Source: an uncultured Methanosarcinales archaeon (lineage in GTDB: Archaea; Nanobdellota; Nanobdellia; Woesearchaeales; ARS49). Taken from it: DNA of 64,000 nt. Position numbers and translations under genes: made by a program. Each line of letters opens with the position of its first letter. Within the stretch, counting starts at the first letter, position 1. Positions 38,138 to 45,616 of the stretch are shown piece after piece. Where the stretch lies: the NCBI GenBank assembly GCA_964353335.1, contig CAYGVI010000003.1, forward strand, positions 419,694 to 483,693, read 5' to 3'. The notes under the pieces are model-generated. The model searched no databases, was not told the origin of the DNA, and saw nothing but the letters and a program-made list of their open reading frames with translations.

Positions 38138-38437
38138 TTATTTTTTTGATATGTCTTTTATTTTCTGTTCAATCGTTGAGTCGCTTATCTGTTTGAAGCT
38201 GCCGTCCTTTTGGCCAAGAAATGTCATGTATTTTCCGTTTTTCTGCATTACAACATCAGGAATCCAGTCTTCATTAATGTCAAGAATGTGTGTTTTGTCT
38301 GGTTTTTGCGCAATTATCAGTTCTGCAAGCTCTTTTTTTGCCTGCTCTGAACGCTGGAAAGTCAAATATGTCCCTGCATAAGCGCCTATCAGTCCTGCCA
38401 CGCCGCAGGTTACCAGTGTTTTTGTCCAGTATAACAT
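38138..38437 (-). CDS. small membrane-anchored protein (99 aa)
   Basis: N-terminal TM helix. Confidence 0.4.
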   Translation of the reverse strand: MLYWTKTLVTCGVAGLIGAYAGTYLTFQRSEQAKKELAELIIAQKPDKTHILDINEDWIPDVVMQKNGKYMTFLGQKDGSFKQISDSTIEQKIKDISKK

Positions 38438-38488
38438 AAGGAGTGCTATCTTTTGTCAGCTTATAATTCTTAGATGTAGTGGCAAGGA

Positions 38489-38761
38489 CTACTTCAGAGC
38501 CTTTGCTTCGTCCTTGAACTTCTCAACTGACTTGGCTATTCGCTTTATTGCTGCAGAAACAGTCTTCTTTGGGTCTGCGCCGTCTGTCTCAACAATAAAT
38601 GTCGGGATGTTAATCAGCGGGTGCTCAACATTGAATCCTGCTGCCTTGACGTGCTCGTCATTCCAAAGCTCTTTCTTGAGCATATTTGCCATTGTGGAGC
38701 CGTCTCCCTCTATGTTGAAAACAAGCCTGCTCTTCTTTTCCTCAAGAATCTTGACTTCCAT
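38489..38761 (-). CDS. rpoL: DNA-directed RNA polymerase subunit L (Rpb11 homologue)
   Basis: Internal start MEVKILEEKKSRLVFNIEGDGSTMANMLKKELWNDEHVKAAGFNVEHPLINIPTFIVETDG (90 aa). The upstream part of the 182-aa track ORF is non-coding promoter sequence. Confidence 0.7.
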   Translation of the reverse strand: MEVKILEEKKSRLVFNIEGDGSTMANMLKKELWNDEHVKAAGFNVEHPLINIPTFIVETDGADPKKTVSAAIKRIAKSVEKFKDEAKALK

Positions 38762-38780
38762 AATAAGGAGGGATAGTGGA

Positions 38781-38835
38781 CTGTTTAAAAAGCTTGCGTA
38801 GCAAGCCTCGTCAGCTCTGCTGACCGCTAGCTTGC
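38781..38835 (-). promoter_or_regulatory. family B two-hairpin promoter-proximal element upstream of rpoL (includes TTTTTAAA TATA-like box ~23 nt before the ATG)
   Basis: CTGTTTAAAAAGCTTGCGTAGCAAGCCTCGTCAGCTCTGCTGACCGCTAGCTTGC. The two stems are GCTTGC/GCAAGC and GTCAGC/GCTGAC. Confidence 0.55.
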
Positions 38836-38879
38836 GTGTGGAAAAGATTATATACGGATTTGGCATTCGAGTTAATACG

Positions 38880-39218
38880 ATGAACAAGAAAGCATCTGTT
38901 GAGCTGGTTATTCTCGGCATAGTCGCGGTTATTGCGCTGGCAGGGCTTATTTTGCTGTTCTCAGGAATGACAGGCAAGGCAGCAGAGCCGTTTTGCATTG
39001 ACACTGATAACGGGCTGAATTTCACTGTAAAGGGCACTGTTTATTCCCTTGACCGCCCTTATGTTGACACGTGCGTGAATGCCCACGGCTCAGAGGCTCC
39101 AAGCGGTGATGGCTTGTGGGAATTTATCTGCAAGGATAACAAGATGAAGAAGATATATTACAGGTGCCCCCGTTTCTGCGTAGACGCAATATGCAGGCCC
39201 AGCAAGTTCTTGCAGTAA
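38880..39218 (+). CDS. pilin-like signal peptide Cys-rich secreted protein, tandem family member 1
   Basis: MNKKASVELVILGIVAVIALAGLILLFSG N-terminus. C-terminal motif YRCPRFCVDAIC. Confidence 0.55.
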   Translation: MNKKASVELVILGIVAVIALAGLILLFSGMTGKAAEPFCIDTDNGLNFTVKGTVYSLDRPYVDTCVNAHGSEAPSGDGLWEFICKDNKMKKIYYRCPRFCVDAICRPSKFLQ

Positions 39219-39244
39219 TGTTTTAAGTAAAAGAGGAACGTCCC

Positions 39245-39580
39245 ATGAACAAGAAAGGCTCAATAGCATTGGTTATTCTCGGGATTATTGCGGTTATTGC
39301 GCTGGTCGGAATGATTTTGCTGTTTACCGGCAAGATAACAGGCAATGCTGCGATCCCGCCGTGCACTGATTCAGACGGAGGCTTAAACTATCCTGTTAGG
39401 GGGATTGTTACTGTTGTCGGCGACTATGGCGTTCCTGTCAAATTCATAGACCAGTGCGAACGTGCAATGTCTGGCGTTGCGAAAGTTTACGGCCTTTCAG
39501 AGAACTATTGCGCTGGCAGCAAAAGGAATTTCGCATATTACACCTGCCCGCGCGGCTGTCTCAATGGCGCCTGCATTTAG
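39245..39580 (+). CDS. pilin-like signal peptide Cys-rich secreted protein, tandem family member 2
   Basis: MNKKGSIALVILGIIAVIALVGMILLFTGKITGN N-terminus. C-terminal motif YTCPRGCLNGACI. Confidence 0.55.
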   Translation: MNKKGSIALVILGIIAVIALVGMILLFTGKITGNAAIPPCTDSDGGLNYPVRGIVTVVGDYGVPVKFIDQCERAMSGVAKVYGLSENYCAGSKRNFAYYTCPRGCLNGACI

Positions 39581-39648
39581 GAGATTTGAGGAAACGTTTT
39601 AATACGCATACATGATAACTCCTACAAATAAGTAAAAGAGGTATTTTC

Positions 39649-40011
39649 ATGAACAAGAAAGGCTCAGTTGCATTGATTATTCTTGGAATTGTGGCAGTTA
39701 TTGCTCTTGTCGGGCTCATATTGGTTTTCACAGGCAAAGGGTCTGTAACAGGAAATGCGCTGGCAACAAGCTGTACTGATTCAGACAACGGTAAAAACTA
39801 CAAGTCAAGGGGCTCAGTGGGTCTGGGAATATCTTCATTTGAGGATACTTGCCTGCGCTTTCCCAGTGTTTCATATGACGGGCCTGGAAATTTTGTTAAA
39901 GAAGGGCTTTACCTTGCAGAAGGATATTGCGAGAATGGCAATATTCTGCGATTTGATGTTTACACCTGCCCGCGCGGCTGTGTTAACGGCGCCTGCATTC
40001 AGGATTTTTAA
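39649..40011 (+). CDS. pilin-like signal peptide Cys-rich secreted protein, tandem family member 3
   Basis: MNKKGSVALIILGIVAVIALVGLILVFTGK N-terminus. C-terminal motif YTCPRGCVNGACIQDF. Confidence 0.55.
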   Translation: MNKKGSVALIILGIVAVIALVGLILVFTGKGSVTGNALATSCTDSDNGKNYKSRGSVGLGISSFEDTCLRFPSVSYDGPGNFVKEGLYLAEGYCENGNILRFDVYTCPRGCVNGACIQDF

Positions 40012-40073
40012 GGAAACGTTTTAATACTTATACACGATAACTTCAAAAAATCAGTCAAAAAGAGGTGCATTTT

Positions 40074-40406
40074 ATGAACAAAAGAGCTTCAGTGGAATTG
40101 GTTATTCTCGGGCTTGTTGCGGTCATCGCGCTGGTCGGAATGATTTTGCTGTTTACAGGCAAGATAACAGGAAATAGCGTGGGAAACTACGTTTGCACAG
40201 ACACAGAGCGGGACATGGACTTTTACACAAGGGGAGTCACGACTTATGCAAGCGCCCCCTTTACAGACACCTGTGCAGATAACAACAATGTCGCGATTGG
40301 AGGTGCCGGACCCAAGCTTATTGAGTATTACTGCAGGGACGGAGCCATGTATACCAACACCCAAAGGTGCATAAATGGCTGTGTGAACGGCGCGTGCATT
40401 ATTTAA
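40074..40406 (+). CDS. pilin-like signal peptide Cys-rich secreted protein, tandem family member 4
   Basis: MNKRASVELVILGLVAVIALVGMILLFTGKITGN N-terminus. C-terminal motif RCINGCVNGACII. I preferred the ATG at 40074 over the track's GTG at 40065 by paralogue alignment. Confidence 0.55.
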   Translation: MNKRASVELVILGLVAVIALVGMILLFTGKITGNSVGNYVCTDTERDMDFYTRGVTTYASAPFTDTCADNNNVAIGGAGPKLIEYYCRDGAMYTNTQRCINGCVNGACII

Positions 40407-40408
40407 GT

Positions 40409-41170
40409 TTATTTTAACATTCCGGCAATGGCTGCAATTGCCATTGCCGCAGTTTCTATTCTTAGAATATTCCTGCCAAGAGATGCGGGAATGCAGCCTG
40501 CCTTCTTCAGGGCTGCTTTTTCCTCGTCGGTAAAGCCCCCTTCTGGCCCGATAAAGGCAATAGCGCTCTTTGGCTTTTCCTGAAGGGCTTCAAGTATTGG
40601 CTTGCCTTCCTGGTCAAGCAGAAGCTTTAGCTTTGCGTCCTGCTTCAAAGCCTCTTCTATCGTCGATAAGGGTTTAAGTTCAGGTATCCAGGCCTGCTTG
40701 CTTTGCTTGCAGGCTTCTATCAGGATTCTTTGCCAGCGCTCCTGCTTTGCCTCGCGCGGAAGCACTACAGAATGCTCTGTTTTAAGGGGAATTATCGTCG
40801 ATACTCCTAATTCTGTGAGCTTTTGGAGCATCCAGTCAGCGCGGTCTCCTTTTGGCACTGCTACTGCTATTGCAAGGGAAAACTCGCTTTGGGCAACTTC
40901 ATGGCTTTCCAGAAGCCTTGCCTTACCTTCTTCAATAAGCTCTGCTATGTTTACTGTGCCCTTTCCGTTGAACAAGCTCACTTTATCCTTTGTTTCTAGC
41001 CTTTGAGCCTTCAAGTGCCTAACTTCTTCTGGGTCAAGCACTATTTCGCCCGTCTGGGGCAGTTCTGGTGCGTAAAACCAAGGATTGTCGTTTGGGTTCA
41101 TCATATACTCATTTGCCTCAAAATGCTTGCATTTTGATGACTTGCCGAACGCTGTTCGGCATCGCCTCAC
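40409..41170 (-). CDS. rsmE: 16S rRNA methyltransferase RsmE-like
   Basis: GPEGGFTDEE...LGRNILRIETAAMA C-terminal motif. The true start may be the internal MMNPNDNPW. Confidence 0.65.
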   Translation of the reverse strand: MRRCRTAFGKSSKCKHFEANEYMMNPNDNPWFYAPELPQTGEIVLDPEEVRHLKAQRLETKDKVSLFNGKGTVNIAELIEEGKARLLESHEVAQSEFSLAIAVAVPKGDRADWMLQKLTELGVSTIIPLKTEHSVVLPREAKQERWQRILIEACKQSKQAWIPELKPLSTIEEALKQDAKLKLLLDQEGKPILEALQEKPKSAIAFIGPEGGFTDEEKAALKKAGCIPASLGRNILRIETAAMAIAAIAGMLK

Positions 41171-41517
41171 TTTTGATGAATAATACCCCTATATTTAACC
41201 CTTTTGCTCCCTCAAATTGCTCACTTTTGGTCAAAAGCACTAGTTTTAGATAGTGCCTAACCTATCCTAAACCCTTTCTGAACTCTCACTTTTCACTCAC
41301 AAAGTCCCTCTTTCTGGCTCCTTCTTTACCCTTCAGGACGCCTCACTTTGACGCATATAGGCATTATGTGTTTTATTGGTTCTTAGGCACCAGCATTAGG
41401 CACTAGTAAGCCCTCCTGAAGGCCCCTTTTGCCCTGGGCCAAGATTGGCAACGGTTAGACCTTGCCTTCCCCCGTCTTGGCTCTCTTATGACATTCTTGT
41501 CGCACTATATTATATGG

Positions 41518-41960
41518 GCGCCACTGCCTCATTCCCAGTCATTCCCAGTCCCATTCTCATTCCCAGATAATCCCTGCCGGGAATAACCCTGCTTCGTTCC
41601 CAGTCCCAAACTTTTCGCAGCAGTTCCACAGATCAGTATTGCCCCATTGAGCGTTAGCGAAATGGGGCCAGCCAGCTTGCTGGCGCTGCCTCATTCCCAA
41701 CACCACATTCTCATTCCCAAACGTTCCCAGATAGTCCCACTCATTCCCAGCCTGTCGTCACGGAAAGTTTCCGATAGTCCCACTCTCATTCCCACTCATT
41801 CCCAGGATATTCCCGCCTCCGTCTCAACTCATTCCCAGCTCATTCCCAGATAGTCCCAAGTGGGAATGTGGGAATGACGTTTTACCGACGATAAAACGTT
41901 CCCAAAAGGCAGCTGATAGTCCCAAAACAGTCCTGGGAACGTCATGGGAAGGTCCTGGGA
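41518..41960. repeat. iteron/ORB-like repeat array: >=13 copies of (C)TCATTCCCA(G), 3 of ACGTTCCCAG and 4 of GATAGTCCCA in direct orientation, followed by inverted copies (TGGGAATGTGGGAATGACG; CTGGGAACGTCATGGGAAGGTCCTGGGACC)
   Basis: Seen directly in the sequence. There is also an 8-bp hairpin, GCCCCATT-12nt-AATGGGGC, at 41641-41668. The whole array sits in a ~770-bp non-coding region upstream of wHTH paralogue A. Confidence 0.7.
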
Positions 41961-42750
41961 CCGTCCCAAAAACAGCAGAAAAGAGGACAAAACAGGGTAT
42001 TGGAAAACTTTTTATACCTGCCCTTGTTTTCACTTTGCCATGGGGTGGCTTTTCGGAAAAGAGGTTGACGACAAGGTTGCGCAGCTTGACCGCGCTTTAA
42101 AGGACAGCTTTGCGCATGTCAAGCAGGACACGAACGCGATATACCAATGGCTCGCGTACTTCCAGCAGCAGACAGCCCGCCAAAACCAGCTCATAGAGGA
42201 GCAGCAGCACGACCTCGACGACTACGAGCAGGAAATAGTCAGGCAGAAACAGCTTATCGAGAGGATGCAAACGGAATTAAGGGATGTTCCAAAGGATTCT
42301 GAGACAATAAAGCGTATTATTGACGCGTATTACGATTTCGACACCATGGTAGAGCGTATGAGACAAATAGAGGATAAATTGCGCCATTTGGAGCACCAAA
42401 AGGCAGCTCCAGCAGTTCAGCAGATAAGGCACGAGGTCGAGGCATTGCCTCACATTGCCCCTCCACCGTCGAGAACACAGGCTTTGAGGGACAAGATTGT
42501 CCAGAGGATAACCAGGAATTCGAAGGAATACCTGAAGGGGCTTATCATGAGCATGATCACGAAATATGGCAAGATATCGGCGCTGCAGCTCAGGGAAATG
42601 CTCGTCGAGGAACAGGGCCTTGCCAGCAAGAGCAGCTTCTACAGGCTCTTAGAGGAGCTTGAGGATGAGTCTGCAATAGGAGTTATTCACGAAGGAAAGG
42701 AAAAGCTGCTTATGGTCGGAGGGCACCTGAAAAAGGCTGTTGGAAGATAG
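41944..42750 (+). CDS. coiled-coil protein with C-terminal winged-helix DNA-binding domain (putative regulator), paralogue A
   Basis: Gln/Glu-rich heptads, then ISALQLREMLVEEQGLASKSSFYRLLEELEDESAIGV (wHTH). The start may be the internal MGWLFGKEV. Confidence 0.45.
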   Translation: MGRSWDRPKNSRKEDKTGYWKTFYTCPCFHFAMGWLFGKEVDDKVAQLDRALKDSFAHVKQDTNAIYQWLAYFQQQTARQNQLIEEQQHDLDDYEQEIVRQKQLIERMQTELRDVPKDSETIKRIIDAYYDFDTMVERMRQIEDKLRHLEHQKAAPAVQQIRHEVEALPHIAPPPSRTQALRDKIVQRITRNSKEYLKGLIMSMITKYGKISALQLREMLVEEQGLASKSSFYRLLEELEDESAIGVIHEGKEKLLMVGGHLKKAVGR

Positions 42751-42818
42751 GGTTTCCAGCACAAAAATCCTTTTAAAGGAGCCAATCACAAGCAGCACAG
42801 TTATCGAGGATAGTTGGG

Positions 42819-43388
42819 GTGGAAAGTTTGAAGTCAAAACAAGCAGTGTTAGTGCACAGGGACGAGGCAGGCGCAGAGCTTGCCATGAACTCAATTTTCG
42901 ACGCATTCAGGGAGGAGCTCGACGACCACAGGGCAGCGATTAACGAGAACACAAACGAGCTCCAGTCAAACCACGAATACATCCGTTCTGTCGAGGAAAA
43001 GGTCGACAAGATTCACGCCCGCATAGAGGAGCTTTTCCTTCTTGTCGAGGGCAAAAAAGCAGAGCAAAAAATCGAAATCCAGCCTTTGACAAAGCGCGAA
43101 CAGGAGGTCTTCCAGGCGCTTTATATCGTCGGAGAAGGCATCCCTTTTGTCAGCTACAAGCAGCTCGCCAGGAAGCTCAACATCTCTGACACGCTTATTT
43201 CAGGATTTATCACAAACCTCGTCGAGAAAGGGGTTCCAATCCTGAAAAAGTATGACGAAGGGCAGGCATTTGTGCAATTGGAGCCCAAATTCAGGCAGAA
43301 ACAGGCAAAAGAGGTAGTTATTGGCCTGAATTCTCTGTTGTCACACTGGATGCAGGCTCCTCAGGCTGTTCAGAAGCCCCAGCCCTGA
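42819..43388 (+). CDS. coiled-coil protein with C-terminal winged-helix DNA-binding domain, paralogue B
   Basis: LTKREQEVFQALYIVGEGIPFVSYKQLARKLNISDTLISGFITNLVEKGVPIL wHTH. The N-terminal ELDDHRAAINENTNELQ is similar to paralogue A. Confidence 0.45.
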   Translation: MESLKSKQAVLVHRDEAGAELAMNSIFDAFREELDDHRAAINENTNELQSNHEYIRSVEEKVDKIHARIEELFLLVEGKKAEQKIEIQPLTKREQEVFQALYIVGEGIPFVSYKQLARKLNISDTLISGFITNLVEKGVPILKKYDEGQAFVQLEPKFRQKQAKEVVIGLNSLLSHWMQAPQAVQKPQP

Positions 43389-43842
43389 GCTTTTCCTTCT
43401 TTATCTCGCTTTGAAGCTGTTCGATAAGCTTGAAAGAGCCATCCAAATGGGTTTTTATCGTCGATTCTGCCTTTCTGAACGCCCCTTCCAGGTTTGTGCC
43501 GTTCAGCTCATAACCGATGACAACTTTTCCATTGTTCACAAAGCTGGTTTTCTTGAGGATATTCAGGTCAAGCCAGCGGTGCAGATACTCGTACATTGTC
43601 TGGCGCTTTATGCCTGCGAAAGAGCCCATATCCTCGACGGGCATTACTGCCAGCTCAGGCTTTTTCTCCCTATTGGCAGCCTTCTTGCGCTCTGATAGCT
43701 CGAGAAGGAGCTTGTGCATCTGGGCGCTGCCGTCTTTTTTCCTCGGCAAAAGCCCAAAGCGGGCCAGAAGTGTCTTTGCGATATCCTCGGGAACTGCCTG
43801 TTCAGGCGCCTCTGAATGTTCGAGTTGGATTTTCATTTTCAA
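43318..43842 (-). CDS. hypothetical protein with putative wHTH (174 aa)
   Basis: MYEYLHRWLDLNILKKTSFVNNGKVVIGYEL. Confidence 0.4.
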   Translation of the reverse strand: MKMKIQLEHSEAPEQAVPEDIAKTLLARFGLLPRKKDGSAQMHKLLLELSERKKAANREKKPELAVMPVEDMGSFAGIKRQTMYEYLHRWLDLNILKKTSFVNNGKVVIGYELNGTNLEGAFRKAESTIKTHLDGSFKLIEQLQSEIKKEKLRAGASEQPEEPASSVTTENSGQ

Positions 43843-44327
43843 GGCGTTTAGACCTTCTGGTTAAAAAGCCTTGCGTAATCCCGACCAGTGTCCAGTGAAA
43901 CCCCAGAAAGTCGCACTTTGTGGAGTTTGCCGATGCCTCAGCGTCGGCATTAACCCGACAAAGGATGATTGAAACTGTCGCCAAAATGCCAGAATTTAGC
44001 CGTTTTCGCGTTTAAACCGCTTTAGAGCAGACTTTTTTCTCAAAATGGCTCAGAATACGGTACTTCAATGCATTTTTGAGCCATCAAACCCCAGATTAGC
44101 TAAAAATCCCGACTAAAACCACCTACCATCCCCATTCCAGATGTGCACAAAATTGTGGTTTCAGCGAAAATCCAGTCGGAGTCGGCAAAAACGCTGACTT
44201 TTCCTGATTTTCCCGACGAATAAGGTCAAGGTCGACCTGCTGCATACCCGTGGTTCTACACCAAAAGACCCACTTCGAGGCCCCACTATGAGTAATTCTG
44301 GCATTTTCCCTGACAAGTTTGAGTGCC

Positions 44328-44600
44328 TCAAAAACCTTTCAAAACCCTTGATTTGGTCAAAAACTGTTTCTGTAAAAAATTCATTTTAAATCGGTTGCTT
44401 TTTTTCGCCATTTTGCCGACGGAGCGCAGAACAATTACCTTTCGCAAGTGACAGTTGTAGCATAAAATAGAAATTAGGAAAATTGTTTCACAGAATATTC
44501 TTTTACAAAATATCTTTAACAAAAGTTGTCTTGCAAAGAATATTATCCAAAGCATATTTTCGTCTATATTTTTCTAAATAAGGAAAATAAAAACCAACCA
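44328..44600. other. AT-rich non-coding stretch (candidate DNA-unwinding element or promoter-rich region) within a 930-bp ORF-free region (43860..44793)
   Basis: Seen in sequence as long A/T runs. The track has only short low-complexity ORFs here. Confidence 0.4.
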
Positions 44601-44793
44601 TGAACAAAAGTGAGGGTAAGAAAGAAAGCATGAGCAAACGCAAAGTGCCTAACTTCCAGCAACATCCCAAGAGTCGCAGGCCAGAATCAGCCAAGATACC
44701 GACTCAGGAGCCAGAACGCCCTTAGGCACCAGAAAAATTGGGCATTAAAACATAAGAAAGTGACAGGGTTGAAGAACGAAAGTGAGAGAATGC

Positions 44794-45537
44794 CTATCCG
44801 ATGTATCCAACCTGCTTTTGTTCCTTTAGTTCCTGGGCTTTCATTGTCTGGCTGAGCATGCCTTTGAGCTTCTTTTCAAACTCCTCTGCCTGCTTCAGCA
44901 ATGGTGTGTAATTCACCTTTAATCCCAGTATTTTGTCGAGAATTTCAATGATTTTAGCAGCTGCCTTGCTGTCAGGCAGTTTTGAGTGTGTTTCAGCGAA
45001 TAATGAGAGTATTGGAAGCTGGTTGCGGAGCAGTATTGCAGCTGTGACGCCCATTATGATTCCTTCGCCAAGGCAGTCAACTCCCATTTTTTCCATTGTG
45101 CTCTTCAGCTGGGGATGGTCTGTGTAGAAGAACCCGCGGGTTTCCTCAGTTTCAGAGCTGCCAACCCCTTCAAGCGTGATAACCTCTGCAGCATCAATCT
45201 GCTTGCACAGGGTAAGTATCAGGTCTGCTGCGTGGAATTCCAATCCCTGCGCAGATGTTATTGCGTGGACAATCACAAGGTTGTATTCCTTGTTGTAGTA
45301 AATGCCAATCGGGTCAACTATCTTGTCGCCGTGCACAGCCAAAGTCGCAGGCGGGTCTTCAAAGTAGTAGCTTCCTATTTTCTCGCACTTCAGATGGTCA
45401 AGCAGAAAACCTGTTGCTATTGTTCCAACAAGCCCAAGCCCGGGGAACCCTTCAATTACCGTCGCTCCCTTTGGCTTCTTTGTCAGCACGAGCTCAGCGT
45501 GCAAAGGGTGCGGACCGTGAGCCTCTTTTTTCTGCAT
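44794..45537 (-). CDS. PAC2-family (proteasome assembly chaperone-like) protein
   Basis: VIEGFPGLGLVGTIATGFL N-terminal motif. 247 aa. Confidence 0.45.
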   Translation of the reverse strand: MQKKEAHGPHPLHAELVLTKKPKGATVIEGFPGLGLVGTIATGFLLDHLKCEKIGSYYFEDPPATLAVHGDKIVDPIGIYYNKEYNLVIVHAITSAQGLEFHAADLILTLCKQIDAAEVITLEGVGSSETEETRGFFYTDHPQLKSTMEKMGVDCLGEGIIMGVTAAILLRNQLPILSLFAETHSKLPDSKAAAKIIEILDKILGLKVNYTPLLKQAEEFEKKLKGMLSQTMKAQELKEQKQVGYIG

Positions 45538-45616
45538 GCACCATTGCTTCTTTAATAAGTTTAAATACCTTTCTTTTCCGCACCTTTAAAACGAGCGCGC
45601 AATTTTCACTACTGGC

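Noticed and set aside
38762-39037. N-terminal 92 codons of the 182-aa track ORF extending rpoL
   Set aside because: The homologous RpoL/Rpb11 sequence begins at MEVKILEE (38761). The upstream part overlaps the family B promoter element and the divergent pilin-like gene region.
41518-41960. Match to canonical archaeal ORB/mini-ORB consensus
   Set aside because: The repeats (TCATTCCCAG family) do not contain the TCCA-N-TGGAAA-type ORB core, so an origin call rests on architecture only and is given as a hypothesis.
43860-44793. Possible large ncRNA (RNase P RNA or SRP RNA) in the 930-bp ORF-free region
   Set aside because: I could not find RNase P P4 (AGGGUGAAA / GGAAAGUCCGG-like) or SRP domain IV signatures by eye. 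The region is AT-rich and repeat-like, so it is reported instead as part of the candidate ori or element.
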